A program made the position numbers and the translations under genes. Of a DNA stretch of 64,000 bases, positions 22,735-33,590 are shown in pieces. Source of the stretch: a virus (lineage: Duplodnaviria; Caudoviricetes); IMG/VR virus record IMGVR_UViG_3300037067_027616, positions 192,001-256,000 of that record; one strand, given 5' to 3'. How positions within the stretch are numbered: the stretch's first letter is position 1; every line of letters begins with the position of its first letter. Under the pieces are notes generated by a model, which was not told where the DNA came from, searched no databases, and was given only the letters and a program-made list of their open reading frames with translations.

Positions 22735-24963
22735 TCACACCTTACTTGAGTGATAGTCTGTAATCACTTGATATATAACATCTTCCACATATTCACGATC
22801 TGGAGAGTGGGGCAATTTTGATGCCTTGTACAACTCTCCGAGTTGCTTGTCCATATCGTGTGCGTATTGCTCCACTTTGTCGTAAGACCATGCGCCATCG
22901 CGTATGGACTTCAGTTCTTCAGCATCAATGTTCGTACGGTCGACGTTCACTTTTCCTGCTTCAAGTATCTCCGCTCCCATGCGGCAAAGTCTGACAAGAT
23001 GCATAGCGTGCTTGCTGTTACCGTGGAAAGCGACATGTCCATTCCTGCGGGTGACCAACACACCATTTGGTACGGAAAAGCACACTATATTCTGGCCAAC
23101 CACCGGTATTTTTCTTACTGCACAGCGCCTCATAATCCTGTGATGTTTTTGGGAATTTTTGTCGATGTGCACATGGAACATTTTTGCCTTTGGGTAATGC
23201 TCATTGTCGCTGTCGTACGGGCCATACAAGGATGTTTCCCAACCACAAGTAACCGCCAATTCTTGCACATCATCGGCAAGACTTTTCACGGAAGTGTAGT
23301 AAATCACCGACTTTTTGGACGTGTTCCTAATGGTACCATCCCCGAGTACCATAGCGTCAAAAAGAATTTCTTTTTCGTGCTTTGATAGTCCAAAAACCCA
23401 CCGCGGTATCTTTTTTGTTGTTTTCTCGCCACAATCGGAAAGAAACCTTTGCGCCAACTCTTTCCCGTACACAATGAGAACTATTTCTTGGATCGAAGTA
23501 GAGCGAAATAGGTTGGGACCGCGTTCATAAGAATAGAGTCCTGTAGGGGCTTCCGTGCTACCGTGAAATCTGGACATGTGCCAATGAAGCCTACCACCGG
23601 ACTTCTGGCTGATGCGTACGTTTTTGGGATTGCTTTTACATTTTCCCAGGCACCCATCAGACAAGTACCACCCCATCAACGACAAGTATTGCCTGCGCGT
23701 GAGTTTTACATCGGGAAAATTGTTGATTGTACCATATGTTTTTGTTGCTGGGTCAATGGTGGCTAGAACCTCAAAACATTCTGGTAAACAAGAAATTTCC
23801 TCAAGTACAAAATCTGAAGAGATTCTATTTTTTCTTGACACAGGCTTGAACAGCATTCGGTGATTTGGTGTCACCCGCACATCTATGTGGTTACCGGTGA
23901 GCTGGTACATAGATCCGGTGAAAGTCCCTTCAAATCTATCTACAAAATGTTGATATTCTAATTGACCTCTACGACCGGATTCTTTATACCGACCCGGTTT
24001 ACCTGTAAGGCGTTTTGACTGGAAAAGGTACTTTTTATGAAGTATCCCCCTCACTGTGGCAAGTCGATCTTCGATTGACACGTCCCTATATTTCTTCCAA
24101 CCAGAATCTGTCAAAAACTCGGTGTCGTCCGCATAACAATCAAACCCGAACTTTTCCTCCAAAGCTGCCCGTTTCTTGTTTCTTGATTTTGACCAATTTT
24201 GGTACTGTTCCCACTCCGTCTTTTTGTTGAGATAAACGACCTCTTTGCTGGCCATGTCGTAGTACTCTTCTTTGAGGTACTTCGTACCTAAAGCTTGAAA
24301 AGCATGTGCTTGTGCGGAAATTCCCATCTGGAGCCACTCCAAGGACAACTTGCGTTGATCCGGGTCGAGGAACCGTGCAAACAAAGGAATAACCCAATCA
24401 CCGTAGATTTGGTCGAGTTCAACCAAAAAGTCATGTCGGAGATCCTCCGGGATAGCCTCAATGGCCGCGTAGCACACGGCTTTGAGTTGAGAAGTCGGAA
24501 ACAAGGACTGCTCTGGAAGGCCCATTTCCGTCCGTGTAGGGAAGGATTTTGGGGGGTCAAGCAAAAACTTCCTGTGAACTTTTATCCTGTTAAGTTGTGC
24601 GATAGCGTACCCCGAGAATGTGTATCGGCATTTCTTTGATAGAAATTTTTCACGGGATAACAAAATTCTCTCCCACCACGGGCTTGTTTTCTTTATGCAC
24701 CTATCCGGCGCCCACAGTAAATCGAGCATGTTTGGGTTGTTTTCAAGTAGCAATGACGTAGCTTTGTGGATAGCATAGATTTTTCTGTCCACGCCCCCAA
24801 AGTCAGAGAACTCCTCAACATTTTTGAAACCCAAAAAATACTCTGGCCCAGGGATCATCACACCTGTCCTATCCTCATCAGATTCGGGTGTATTTGTACC
24901 GTAGGCCTGCGAACCCGTAACGGTTTCAAATATGGTGTGATTCAACGCGTATTGCTGTTCCAT
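22735..24963 (-). CDS. Pol-beta superfamily nucleotidyltransferase containing an intein
   Basis: GSQAYGTNTPESDEDRTG, NPNMLDLL, KHAMHLVRL. Confidence 0.85.
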   Translation of the reverse strand: MEQQYALNHTIFETVTGSQAYGTNTPESDEDRTGVMIPGPEYFLGFKNVEEFSDFGGVDRKIYAIHKATSLLLENNPNMLDLLWAPDRCIKKTSPWWERILLSREKFLSKKCRYTFSGYAIAQLNRIKVHRKFLLDPPKSFPTRTEMGLPEQSLFPTSQLKAVCYAAIEAIPEDLRHDFLVELDQIYGDWVIPLFARFLDPDQRKLSLEWLQMGISAQAHAFQALGTKYLKEEYYDMASKEVVYLNKKTEWEQYQNWSKSRNKKRAALEEKFGFDCYADDTEFLTDSGWKKYRDVSIEDRLATVRGILHKKYLFQSKRLTGKPGRYKESGRRGQLEYQHFVDRFEGTFTGSMYQLTGNHIDVRVTPNHRMLFKPVSRKNRISSDFVLEEISCLPECFEVLATIDPATKTYGTINNFPDVKLTRRQYLSLMGWYLSDGCLGKCKSNPKNVRISQKSGGRLHWHMSRFHGSTEAPTGLYSYERGPNLFRSTSIQEIVLIVYGKELAQRFLSDCGEKTTKKIPRWVFGLSKHEKEILFDAMVLGDGTIRNTSKKSVIYYTSVKSLADDVQELAVTCGWETSLYGPYDSDNEHYPKAKMFHVHIDKNSQKHHRIMRRCAVRKIPVVGQNIVCFSVPNGVLVTRRNGHVAFHGNSKHAMHLVRLCRMGAEILEAGKVNVDRTNIDAEELKSIRDGAWSYDKVEQYAHDMDKQLGELYKASKLPHSPDREYVEDVIYQVITDYHSSKV
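23017..24138 (-). mobile_element. Intein (~374 aa) with LAGLIDADG homing endonuclease
   Basis: FGFD/CYADDTEFLT; VTPNHRM block B; GWYLSDG and MVLGDG; ends HGN/S. Confidence 0.9.
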
Positions 24964-25255
24964 GTTTTTCCCTCCAGAGGAAATATACCATTTCACTCTG
25001 CAAAATTATCAATCAAAATTGCGTGATGATGTTCAAAGAAACAGGTTTAATCTAAACCCTCCGAGGCATTAGATTAGATAGGAACGAGTTGTGACTAATG
25101 GCCGATACTCAATTGATACGTGGATTCTGTTGTCCCAGAACATTTGGCTCAAAATAAAAGTTACCAAGGATGGCGGTCCCTATGAGTGAAAAACGTCCCA
25201 CCTTGCTCATAGAAAAATTTCAAAAGAGATTCGAAAATACGGGGGCCACCTGGAG

Positions 25256-25921
25256 ATGTTAATCAAAAGGTGGATACCGAGTCCGTTCATACACGAGAGG
25301 CCTGCGGGATGTCCTCTCGATATGATCGTCATTCACCACATAGGGTCAAAGAACGGAAAATTGTATACGATTTCGGGAACTATTGCTTGGTTCACTAATG
25401 AGTCATTGCATGTGAACAAAACAACGGGCGTGGTCGAGAACAGAGTAAGCGCCCATTACATCATACCAAGGTCGATCTACGAGAAGCAGACAGACATGAT
25501 CGCCTTAGTAAAACACGAGGAGGTGGCCTACCACGCCGGCGACTCAAGCTGGACAGTGAATGGTGTCACCAGATCCAACATCAACAACTATAGCATAGGC
25601 ATAGAACTCGAAGGCGATGGCAATGCCATTGAATACACGGACTTCCAATATGATCGCTTGACGAAACTTGTCAAAGAACTCATGCAGAAATACAATATAA
25701 CGGACGCAAACATTGTTGGCCACGAGGATATTGCTCCTGGCAGGAAGACCGACCCGGGGATATTCTTTGATTGGAAGAGGCTCCGTGTTTCCATCGCCCC
25801 TAAAATACAAATTGTCGTCCCGGATACGGATTCCGTTCCGGAAAGAAAATTCCACAGGACATCGGGCATGAATACTCAGCCCGATTTTTTATCAAAATTA
25901 CGAAAACTTTTTAACCGATAA
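25256..25921 (+). CDS. N-acetylmuramoyl-L-alanine amidase (Amidase_2, AmpD-like), candidate endolysin
   Basis: IVIHH, VSAHY, AYHAG, SIGIELEG, GHEDIAPGRKTDPG. Confidence 0.92.
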   Translation: MLIKRWIPSPFIHERPAGCPLDMIVIHHIGSKNGKLYTISGTIAWFTNESLHVNKTTGVVENRVSAHYIIPRSIYEKQTDMIALVKHEEVAYHAGDSSWTVNGVTRSNINNYSIGIELEGDGNAIEYTDFQYDRLTKLVKELMQKYNITDANIVGHEDIAPGRKTDPGIFFDWKRLRVSIAPKIQIVVPDTDSVPERKFHRTSGMNTQPDFLSKLRKLFNR

Positions 25922-25987
25922 TTGCAAGAAGCAGCGCCGTGCGAGTTATCGCCCGGCGGCATGTTTCGTTTGTGCGGAGGAATTTCA

Positions 25988-27988
25988 ATGCAGACTCAAA
26001 AAGGATGGCTGATTAAGCAGACTTTCGACAATGACTTCGTACACATCATGGAATCCCTTTATGAAAAGTATGGTGAGGAAATTTTCAGTATCCAAGGAAT
26101 CGCGAATAAGCACATGGACATCGTCGCGTTTTCAAAACAATTTTTTGGCAAGTCCGGCAACGTCGCCGACATCAGTATCGATGGCAACGCCAACATAAAA
26201 GAGAAAAACATCTTGCAGTACAATTACGAGAGCGGCAAAGCGGTTATGAAGCTGAATTCTTTCTATCTGCTCTACAAGTGGGTGAACAAATGCTTTGGCG
26301 AGGAGGTTGCGGCACAAGCGCTTGAGAAGGTCGTGAACGGTGAACTGTTCGTGAACGACATGAATTCGTTTGTATCGCCATATTGTTTTGCCTTTGATTT
26401 GCGCAATCTGCTGGCGCAAGGCATGAATTTTTTCAAAGGCAACATGACCATCAAACCACCAAGAAGGTCGGAATCCTTCATTGCCCTCATTATTCAATCC
26501 ACGGCATATATTTCCAACCAGATTGCTGGGGCCGCCAGCTACCCGGACTTTTTTGTAGTTCTCGATTGGTTCTATCGTAAAGAACTTGGCCCCGAATATG
26601 CGAAGACGATTCGCAAAGGATTCGAAGATAAACTCTCTGGCAAAGACACACCGGAAGTAGCTTCGTGGGACAAAGTCAAAAACCAATTCCAGAATTTCAT
26701 TTACTCTATGAATTTTCCTTTCCGAGGATCCCAATCCGCTTTCACCAATCTGTCGGTGATGGACAACGGGTTTATGAACACGTTGTTCAAAGACTACAAG
26801 ATACCAACATCAGATGGTGGGTTTGAAGATCCGGATCTTCAGTCAGCCAAAGAACTCTCAAAATTGTTCTTTGAGTATTTCTCGCACATCAACTGCAGTG
26901 AAGGTATCTTCACCTTTCCGGTCATGACCATTGCCATATCAGTGGAGAAAGGTGGCAATCCCATTGACCCAAAGTTCTGTGAGTGGGCAGCCAAAGCAAA
27001 CAGCGAGAAGGGTCTTGCCAATATATTCCAGAGTGAACCCACAAGTTTTTCAAGTTGTTGTCGGTTGAAAAACGATTTGACTAAAGTCGCCGACACGGGC
27101 TATCAGAACTCGTTTGGGGTGGGCGGACTGTCCATTGGATCTCACCGCGTTGCCGGCCTCAACCTCCCCCGCATTGCACTTTTGGAGAAAAAAGATCCGG
27201 ACATCCTCTCGAAGGATCTCGAAATTCTGCATAAGGTCTTGTACGCTCACCGTCAACTCATCAAACACCTCATCGACCTTGGAAACATGCCCCTCTACAC
27301 GGCCGGGTGGATCCACCTCGCGCGTCAATACTCAACAATCGGTTTCATCGGGGCCCACGAGTACGTCGCCAATAAAGGGATGGACATCGCGAAACAAGAC
27401 GGTCTTAAGGTCATCAAGGACGTACTCGGGTTGATCGAAAATAAAATCGTAGGGTGGCAAGAAGCAGAAAAGGAAGAAAAAAATATTTATAACTTGGAGC
27501 AAATCCCCGGGGAGTCCATGTGCGTCAGGTTGTGCGAAATAGACACACTCTTGAAACACAACCCTAACAAATACATTATGTACTCCAATCAGTACATACC
27601 CTTGGTCCAAGATGCCTCTATCTATGACCGGATCCGCATACAGGGTAAAATTGATAGTCACACATCTGGCGGTGCAATTTTGCACATCAATGTCGATGAT
27701 AACACGACATTGTCGCCAAAACAATTTGGATCAATCATGCAGTTGGCCAGGGAACACGGTTGCACATATTTTGCCATCAACTACGCTTACAGTGAGTGTT
27801 CCGCCGGTCATTATTCCGTCGGTAAGCACGAGAAATGCCCTGCATGCCAAGCCGAAATCGTGTGTACCTACAGCAGGGTAGTAGGGTTTATTACGCCGAT
27901 AAGATCTTGGTCCAAAACAAGAAGAGAGTGGGAATTCCCTCTTAGGGTTTTCTACAGGAATGGCCGTCTTGAGGACGTGCACGCGTGA
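25988..27988 (+). CDS. nrdD: Anaerobic ribonucleoside-triphosphate reductase
   Basis: PYCFA, FTFPV, SCCRL, Zn-site Cys pairs, YSRVVGF glycyl-radical loop. Confidence 0.92.
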   Translation: MQTQKGWLIKQTFDNDFVHIMESLYEKYGEEIFSIQGIANKHMDIVAFSKQFFGKSGNVADISIDGNANIKEKNILQYNYESGKAVMKLNSFYLLYKWVNKCFGEEVAAQALEKVVNGELFVNDMNSFVSPYCFAFDLRNLLAQGMNFFKGNMTIKPPRRSESFIALIIQSTAYISNQIAGAASYPDFFVVLDWFYRKELGPEYAKTIRKGFEDKLSGKDTPEVASWDKVKNQFQNFIYSMNFPFRGSQSAFTNLSVMDNGFMNTLFKDYKIPTSDGGFEDPDLQSAKELSKLFFEYFSHINCSEGIFTFPVMTIAISVEKGGNPIDPKFCEWAAKANSEKGLANIFQSEPTSFSSCCRLKNDLTKVADTGYQNSFGVGGLSIGSHRVAGLNLPRIALLEKKDPDILSKDLEILHKVLYAHRQLIKHLIDLGNMPLYTAGWIHLARQYSTIGFIGAHEYVANKGMDIAKQDGLKVIKDVLGLIENKIVGWQEAEKEEKNIYNLEQIPGESMCVRLCEIDTLLKHNPNKYIMYSNQYIPLVQDASIYDRIRIQGKIDSHTSGGAILHINVDDNTTLSPKQFGSIMQLAREHGCTYFAINYAYSECSAGHYSVGKHEKCPACQAEIVCTYSRVVGFITPIRSWSKTRREWEFPLRVFYRNGRLEDVHA

Positions 27989-28605
27989 GGATTGTAAGTT
28001 GCATCCAAAACTCCTTCCAGGAGTATGACGACCATATATCATTGGTCCTCTTTTGCTTCGGGTGCAACTTGAATTGTTGTGGGTGCTACAATCACGAAAC
28101 AATCATGAACCTCGATAACATACGGGGTACGGTGAAGGAATTCATCGATGACAAGCTTACCCCACTTGACGATGCCATCGTGTTCCTTGGCGGAGAACCA
28201 ACCGTATGGGCGGAAGACATCCCCGGGGATGTGTCCTACGCTAAAAGCAAAGGGAAGTTGGTAAAATTGTTCACCAACGGAACGAACCCGGCCGTGGTGC
28301 GCGAACTGAACAAACTCCACCTAGTAGACAGTTACAGCATCGACCTCAAAACAGTAACAGATGCTCCGAGGTTCCTCCGGGCTACAAAGCCGTTGAGCAC
28401 CGATGAATACCTAATGCTCGTAGACGAATCCATACAAAGCGTTTTGGAATCGGGGGCATCTCTTGAGATAAGGACTACGGCATGGAAGGAACTCGATGAC
28501 TTGGACAAAACGAAGGAGTATGTTTTAAAACGTTATGGTGGTGTAAAACACATAGTGCAGGACGATTTCCGGGACACGATAGAAAAGCTTAAGAACTTGA
28601 AATAG
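27985..28605 (+). CDS. nrdG: Anaerobic RNR activating radical-SAM enzyme
   Basis: GCNLNCCGCYN, LGGEPT; coupled to nrdD. Confidence 0.9.
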   Translation: MRIVSCIQNSFQEYDDHISLVLFCFGCNLNCCGCYNHETIMNLDNIRGTVKEFIDDKLTPLDDAIVFLGGEPTVWAEDIPGDVSYAKSKGKLVKLFTNGTNPAVVRELNKLHLVDSYSIDLKTVTDAPRFLRATKPLSTDEYLMLVDESIQSVLESGASLEIRTTAWKELDDLDKTKEYVLKRYGGVKHIVQDDFRDTIEKLKNLK

Positions 28606-29248
28606 ACTCTGAAACAAGTCCTGACGTAGTGAACTTCTTGCAGAAACTCTGGCGGTGAATTTCGCACAACCCAAGGCTACGGATCGCCTCAATATGTCGT
28701 GGCGATCCGTAGCCTTTGTGTTCCTCAAAGCCATATCCAGGGAATCTTATGGCTTCTCGCTCCATTATCAAATCCCGTTCGACCTTCGCCACAATGGACG
28801 CCGCCGCGATGCTGGCGCTTTTGGCATCGCCTTTAATTATTGAAATCTGTCTATCTTCTGGTATTTCTGGGATTTTAATGTTTCCATCGATGGCGATGAT
28901 GGTATCCCCTTCCTTGAGGATATCCTCAAAAGCTTCAAGACATACGTGCATGCCGAGCATCGTGGCCCCAAGTATGTTGAGCGATTCTATCTTATCGACA
29001 GGGATGATAGCCAGACTATGCCTGTGGTTTGCCTTGATTTCCTTGGCGATTCGGTGACGCTCTTTGCTAGGAACCTTCTTGGAGTCGTTAACGCCCTCTA
29101 CAGGGCATCCTAAATCGAGTACCACCGCACATATGACCACAGGCCCTGCCAGCGGTCCTCGGCCTACCTCATCGATTCCTATAAGCTTTTGGGCGCCGTA
29201 ACTGGATATGAGGTTGAGGTCATAACTATAGAGCCTATCTGATCGCAT
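28589..29248 (-). CDS. rnhB: Ribonuclease HII
   Basis: GIDEVGRGPLAGPV, DSKK, IAAASIVAKV, HKGYG. Confidence 0.95.
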   Translation of the reverse strand: MRSDRLYSYDLNLISSYGAQKLIGIDEVGRGPLAGPVVICAVVLDLGCPVEGVNDSKKVPSKERHRIAKEIKANHRHSLAIIPVDKIESLNILGATMLGMHVCLEAFEDILKEGDTIIAIDGNIKIPEIPEDRQISIIKGDAKSASIAAASIVAKVERDLIMEREAIRFPGYGFEEHKGYGSPRHIEAIRSLGLCEIHRQSFCKKFTTSGLVSESISSS

Positions 29249-30141
29249 GACCTTTTTTCCAATTCTTTCAACTTGTTGTATAAATCTGATGTTTCCGGTG
29301 TTAGGGGTGGAACATAATCGTTGAATCTTATTCTGATCGTCCTAAAGAAGTTTAAACGCACCCCGTCTTTCACGTAAACCTCTGTATCTCCTGGTTTTAT
29401 GACATAGGGTATCTTACGGTCGAATATCTCCAATATACCACTGTCGCCAGACACCCTTTGGGCGGGGGTAACGTTTACGTGGACCTTAAAATAGTCATCC
29501 TCTATGCCCACATACGGATCTTCATAGGTGTTTACCCTGACCATCAAATCCTCGTAAGTGCCATCAGTACGGGCATTTCCGAAGTTTTTAAGTAGCACGT
29601 GCTTTTTATAATAGACATGCAATGTCGCTCTGAATTTAGCTAAAACGTTCTCCATAACCCTTTTCTCACCTTTGCACGTCTTGCAAGGTATTCCGGTTAT
29701 CCCTGTGCCTTTACACACGGGACAGATGCTGTCCCTGTCAAGCAAAGAAAGAATTGAACTTTCAATTATTCCTTGTCCGTTGCAACATGTGCAAACCCCA
29801 GCTTTGCCTTCCTGGGCACCTGTTCCTGAACAGGATTGACATAATGAGTGCCTTCGCAATTTGACTGATTTCTCCTCCGCATAGTATACATCACGTACGG
29901 TAATAGTCATTTGACTATCAAGGTAACTGTGTGTACCAGGACCTTGTGGTGCGCGGAGTATTCCTGGATTCGTCCGTATGCTATTGTAGGCCTCTGTAAT
30001 AGCCCTGAAGAGGTCCTCGTTTCCGGGACTCTTGTCAGGGTGGTACTTGAGGCAGAGAATACGGTAGCGCTCGCGTACATCAACGAGCGTACACTCGGGA
30101 GGAAGACCGAGGACTTTCAACGGACTGTTTGTATCTGCCAT
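29179..30141 (-). CDS. dnaJ: DnaJ-like co-chaperone
   Basis: J-domain HPD; four CxxCxGxG-type repeats. Confidence 0.85.
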   Translation of the reverse strand: MADTNSPLKVLGLPPECTLVDVRERYRILCLKYHPDKSPGNEDLFRAITEAYNSIRTNPGILRAPQGPGTHSYLDSQMTITVRDVYYAEEKSVKLRRHSLCQSCSGTGAQEGKAGVCTCCNGQGIIESSILSLLDRDSICPVCKGTGITGIPCKTCKGEKRVMENVLAKFRATLHVYYKKHVLLKNFGNARTDGTYEDLMVRVNTYEDPYVGIEDDYFKVHVNVTPAQRVSGDSGILEIFDRKIPYVIKPGDTEVYVKDGVRLNFFRTIRIRFNDYVPPLTPETSDLYNKLKELEKRSCDQIGSIVMTSTSYPVTAPKSL

Positions 30142-30174
30142 TTGTTATATCAGGGTTGTGCCCTGTGTAAAACG

Positions 30175-30666
30175 TTAAACCCTAGGTGCAAGTGCTTGAG
30201 TAATTTCCCATCCTGATTCGCCAGCATAACTATCCGGGAACGGGGATTGCACGGTCTGTTGCGAAAGATTGGTGACCCCGCGTTCGAACACGTATGAGGT
30301 ATAAATCAACCCTGTGGAATCTACTCCGCTGATGGCGTTGAAGCGCACACGCAAATTGGTGTTGTAGAAGTCCATCCCTTCATCTTCTTTTGCCATCCAT
30401 TCGAACGTGTGTGCAGTGCCTGCTTCAGAAAAAGCCAAAGACGTCAGTTGTGTCGACCCGGAAGGGGTCATAGCCGTCCAAGTCGACCCGTTGTCCAAAG
30501 AGTACTCGTATGTATCGATTTCGACGTTAGACAACTCCGGATATCCGTATCCGACATAGTTGATGACGACCTTCTGTTTGTCCGCACTCAAAGCTGCTGT
30601 GCTGAAGATGAGAGCGAAGTCTGTGACTTCTATGAATCCATCGAGGTCTTTGTGATTAATGGCCAT
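30175..30666 (-). CDS. Hypothetical beta-rich protein, possibly virion-associated
   Basis: YEYSLDNGSTW motif. Confidence 0.6.
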   Translation of the reverse strand: MAINHKDLDGFIEVTDFALIFSTAALSADKQKVVINYVGYGYPELSNVEIDTYEYSLDNGSTWTAMTPSGSTQLTSLAFSEAGTAHTFEWMAKEDEGMDFYNTNLRVRFNAISGVDSTGLIYTSYVFERGVTNLSQQTVQSPFPDSYAGESGWEITQALAPRV

Positions 30667-30681
30667 TTTCTTTCTCCGGTG

Positions 30682-31071
30682 TTAGTTATCTTCCAAATTT
30701 ATGCCGGCCTTTTGGAGCTGTCTTACGAGTTCCTCGGTCAGCCTTTCTTTCGTTTTTTCATCTTCGTCTTTGAAGATCTCCTTATGGAGTATCTTCGCAG
30801 CATCCTCATCGTTTGGCTTTGTTGTACCTTCCGTCGTCAGATTCTGTCGAAAGTACACCACGTATGCCAGCAACAAGCGCCTATCGTCATCGGATATGTC
30901 GTCAAAAGCTTTGCCTTTTTTCGCGTTTTTTACCTTCTTCGCGAGTTTCGGTCCTTCTTCTCGAAGTCTGCGGACATCTTGGTCGCTGAGGCCTGTACCA
31001 GCCGCCAGCAACCCGTAGGCCGCCTCTGTCAAATACCGTGCGATGACCTTTTTCACCATTGACTTAGACAT
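30682..31071 (-). CDS. Hypothetical protein
   Basis: ORF in a minus-strand operon. Confidence 0.6.
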   Translation of the reverse strand: MSKSMVKKVIARYLTEAAYGLLAAGTGLSDQDVRRLREEGPKLAKKVKNAKKGKAFDDISDDDRRLLLAYVVYFRQNLTTEGTTKPNDEDAAKILHKEIFKDEDEKTKERLTEELVRQLQKAGINLEDN

Positions 31072-31501
31072 ATTCAAAAACAAACCTAAGGTTTATGATC
31101 GCCTCTCCCAAGTTCGTTTCAGCAGTGCCAACCTCGGCATCCATCCAGACGTACTCTGGGCTGTTATGATCGAGCGGGAGGCCGTAGTCACTTATCTCTG
31201 AATAGTTTGTGAAGTCAGAAACGCCGGCTGCGCGAACGAAAAAGTCGCTCAATTCATCATCCCCGGGTTCTATACCAAGTACGGACGTTGCAGACTTGAA
31301 CTTTCCGAATTTGGTGTGGTTGAGATCGGCATTGTCTTCGAGGAATAAAGCGAGTTTGCTCAAGACTTCCCCTACGGCCACGGGCTTCACAACGACCGCT
31401 TGCGAATTGTAGTGTCCGCGGGCGACGGTTCCAAAATCAACCAATGCAGCATCCGACTCGAGAAGAACCATTGTTTCCGGATTGTATGTTTCTATTCTCA
31501 T
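31064..31501 (-). CDS. Hypothetical protein, paralog of 31520..31960
   Basis: Shared xFGxVxxG and YVW motifs; C-terminus INLRFVFEY. Confidence 0.7.
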   Translation of the reverse strand: MRIETYNPETMVLLESDAALVDFGTVARGHYNSQAVVVKPVAVGEVLSKLALFLEDNADLNHTKFGKFKSATSVLGIEPGDDELSDFFVRAAGVSDFTNYSEISDYGLPLDHNSPEYVWMDAEVGTAETNLGEAIINLRFVFEYV

Positions 31502-31519
31502 GGCCTTCGTCCTTTTGGG

Positions 31520-31960
31520 TTAGGCGTACTCGAAAATGAACCGATAATTTATGGAGGACGTCGAGCCTGTTTCTGCGGCCCCGGATTGGACATCCAACCA
31601 CACGTAGTCCCCCCGGCCCTCCAAGTCAATACCTATAGGTACTCCCCCAGAATCTTGGGGAGGATCTGATACCTCTAAAAAATGATCGGTGATGGCAGGT
31701 GCTGCGCTGTCATCACTCGTATATGAATGCACCCCCGGAACGAATTCCGAATAGGTGTAGTATCCGTAACGAGATTGAGAAAAACCCCCATCGTTTTGAA
31801 GATACAAAGTCAGGGCGGTAAGTGTTTCAACATCGCAAATCGGCCGTATAAGCACAGGCATAGCCCCGTGCACACCCTGCCGGACATTCCCGAAGTTTAA
31901 GCCGGTGATATCTTCGGCAAGGAGGTTTCCCGTGTGCGGACTGTATGCTCTTATCTTCAT
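31520..31960 (-). CDS. Hypothetical protein, paralog of 31064..31501
   Basis: LNFGNVRQG, YVWLD, INYRFIFEY. Confidence 0.7.
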   Translation of the reverse strand: MKIRAYSPHTGNLLAEDITGLNFGNVRQGVHGAMPVLIRPICDVETLTALTLYLQNDGGFSQSRYGYYTYSEFVPGVHSYTSDDSAAPAITDHFLEVSDPPQDSGGVPIGIDLEGRGDYVWLDVQSGAAETGSTSSINYRFIFEYA

Positions 31961-32149
31961 CTTTTGCCTGTTCAGCTAGTTGTGGAACACTATCAACAAC
32001 AGTATCCCGCATGAATAGGTTAACAAAGCAGTGTCCGGGCGACATAGATGACCGCCACGGACGCAACCGCAATCCATGAATTAGGCATGCATCCGTACGG
32101 ACTTACCCGATACAAGATGCAAAACCTCAAATATCGATAGACTATTATT

Positions 32150-33187
32150 TCAGGACTTCAAGGTTTCAAGGATGTGACGCATCCTATGAAGATACGTGTG
32201 GTTCTGAAGGACTTTAGTGTAGGCGGCAACCTTCATTTCCTCTACTTTTTGCACCCGATCGCCGATAAGATAGCTGTAAAGACCCTGTGTCAAGCTGTCG
32301 GTGTCTGAAAAAAACACAACTTCATTATCGTTGAACACTTCCCGTGCCTCCGGACGGCTGTCGTCAAGGAATTGCAACCCACCACACAAAGGCACTTCAT
32401 AGGCTCTTGGGTTCAAACTTTCTGGTACGAATCTGCTTTTGTTGTTTGGGTTCTTTTTGCTTTTTGTGCGGGGATTCCATTTTACGTCCCGTAGTATGTT
32501 AATGATGGCTTTTGCCCCGTTATAGTACATGACGGTTTCACCATGCGGAATCGTCCTTGCATCTGACACATACTTCCATAAAGGTGAATTTCTTGGCATG
32601 TACCCGACGTGACCGCATATTTTCATGGTCAACCCGTTGCTCTCCACAAACGGTATGAGTCCCTCGAGTATTTTTCTTCTGTTTGGATACAAAGCCCCCA
32701 AGAACAATATGTCGCTGAGGTACCTCTCATTTAAGTTTTCACGCGGGATAATACCACATTCATGTGAGCAGGCCGCAGTGGGACAGTAGTATACGTTGGA
32801 ATATCTTCCGCAAGACGCAATGCTGCGTTCATTTGTAAAATAATAATCTATTTTGTCCAAACGTCTCTTCATCGGGTCAAATGAATGTGGATCCTCCGTT
32901 GACACGATGACCTTTTTAACGTGGTAAAGGCTTTCAAGAAGGTAGTCTGGCACATTTAACCCACCGATGAACATCGCGTGTGTGAAGCCTTTATGTTTCA
33001 TCAGTATGTTCGAATGCATGACATTGTAGTCTATTGGGTCGGCAAGGATGTGCCGGAACAGATGGTACGGGAATTCTTCATACGGGATGTTCAAATCTTT
33101 CAATGCTTCAGCATAACCGTGGTATACGTCTGTTAAGGCGAAGCCTGCGGCATCGGACACCAGGTAGAATTTGAACCCTTCAGACAC
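32150..33187 (-). CDS. Glycosyltransferase (CgeB/GT-B-like)
   Basis: TEDP, DILFLGALYPNR, LNPRAYEVPLCG, HTYLHR. Confidence 0.8.
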   Translation of the reverse strand: MSEGFKFYLVSDAAGFALTDVYHGYAEALKDLNIPYEEFPYHLFRHILADPIDYNVMHSNILMKHKGFTHAMFIGGLNVPDYLLESLYHVKKVIVSTEDPHSFDPMKRRLDKIDYYFTNERSIASCGRYSNVYYCPTAACSHECGIIPRENLNERYLSDILFLGALYPNRRKILEGLIPFVESNGLTMKICGHVGYMPRNSPLWKYVSDARTIPHGETVMYYNGAKAIINILRDVKWNPRTKSKKNPNNKSRFVPESLNPRAYEVPLCGGLQFLDDSRPEAREVFNDNEVVFFSDTDSLTQGLYSYLIGDRVQKVEEMKVAAYTKVLQNHTYLHRMRHILETLKS

Positions 33188-33590
33188 GAACAGATCCTTG
33201 TATGGTTCCGTTTGACTCGAAAACGGACGTTACATAAAGTAAGCCATCGGTGTGTCGGTATCCCATGTTCCTTTTTATGACGGAAACAGATCTTTTTCTC
33301 ATATCCATGTAGCCTGTTTGGCTGAAGAACCAATCATCAGGGCCTATTGACGGATGTTCTTCTTTGGAAATTGTGGCTTTTTTTAAGCCGTGCCAATAAA
33401 GATCGAGTTTTACGAGCTTTTTTCGGTCTATATCAGGCCAACTTGTGGCCATCATCCGGCGTGATTTTTCGCTGTGGTAGCATTCGCGCTCAAGGACGGA
33501 TGTCCCGTCCTCATACATCGCTACGAACCCTGTGAAGCAATCAGGTACGCTAGTGTTTTCTGACTTTTGGGAAGCTTCTTTTTGGGGCAT
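33180..33590 (-). CDS. Hypothetical protein
   Basis: 136-aa ORF. Confidence 0.6.
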   Translation of the reverse strand: MPQKEASQKSENTSVPDCFTGFVAMYEDGTSVLERECYHSEKSRRMMATSWPDIDRKKLVKLDLYWHGLKKATISKEEHPSIGPDDWFFSQTGYMDMRKRSVSVIKRNMGYRHTDGLLYVTSVFESNGTIQGSVRV

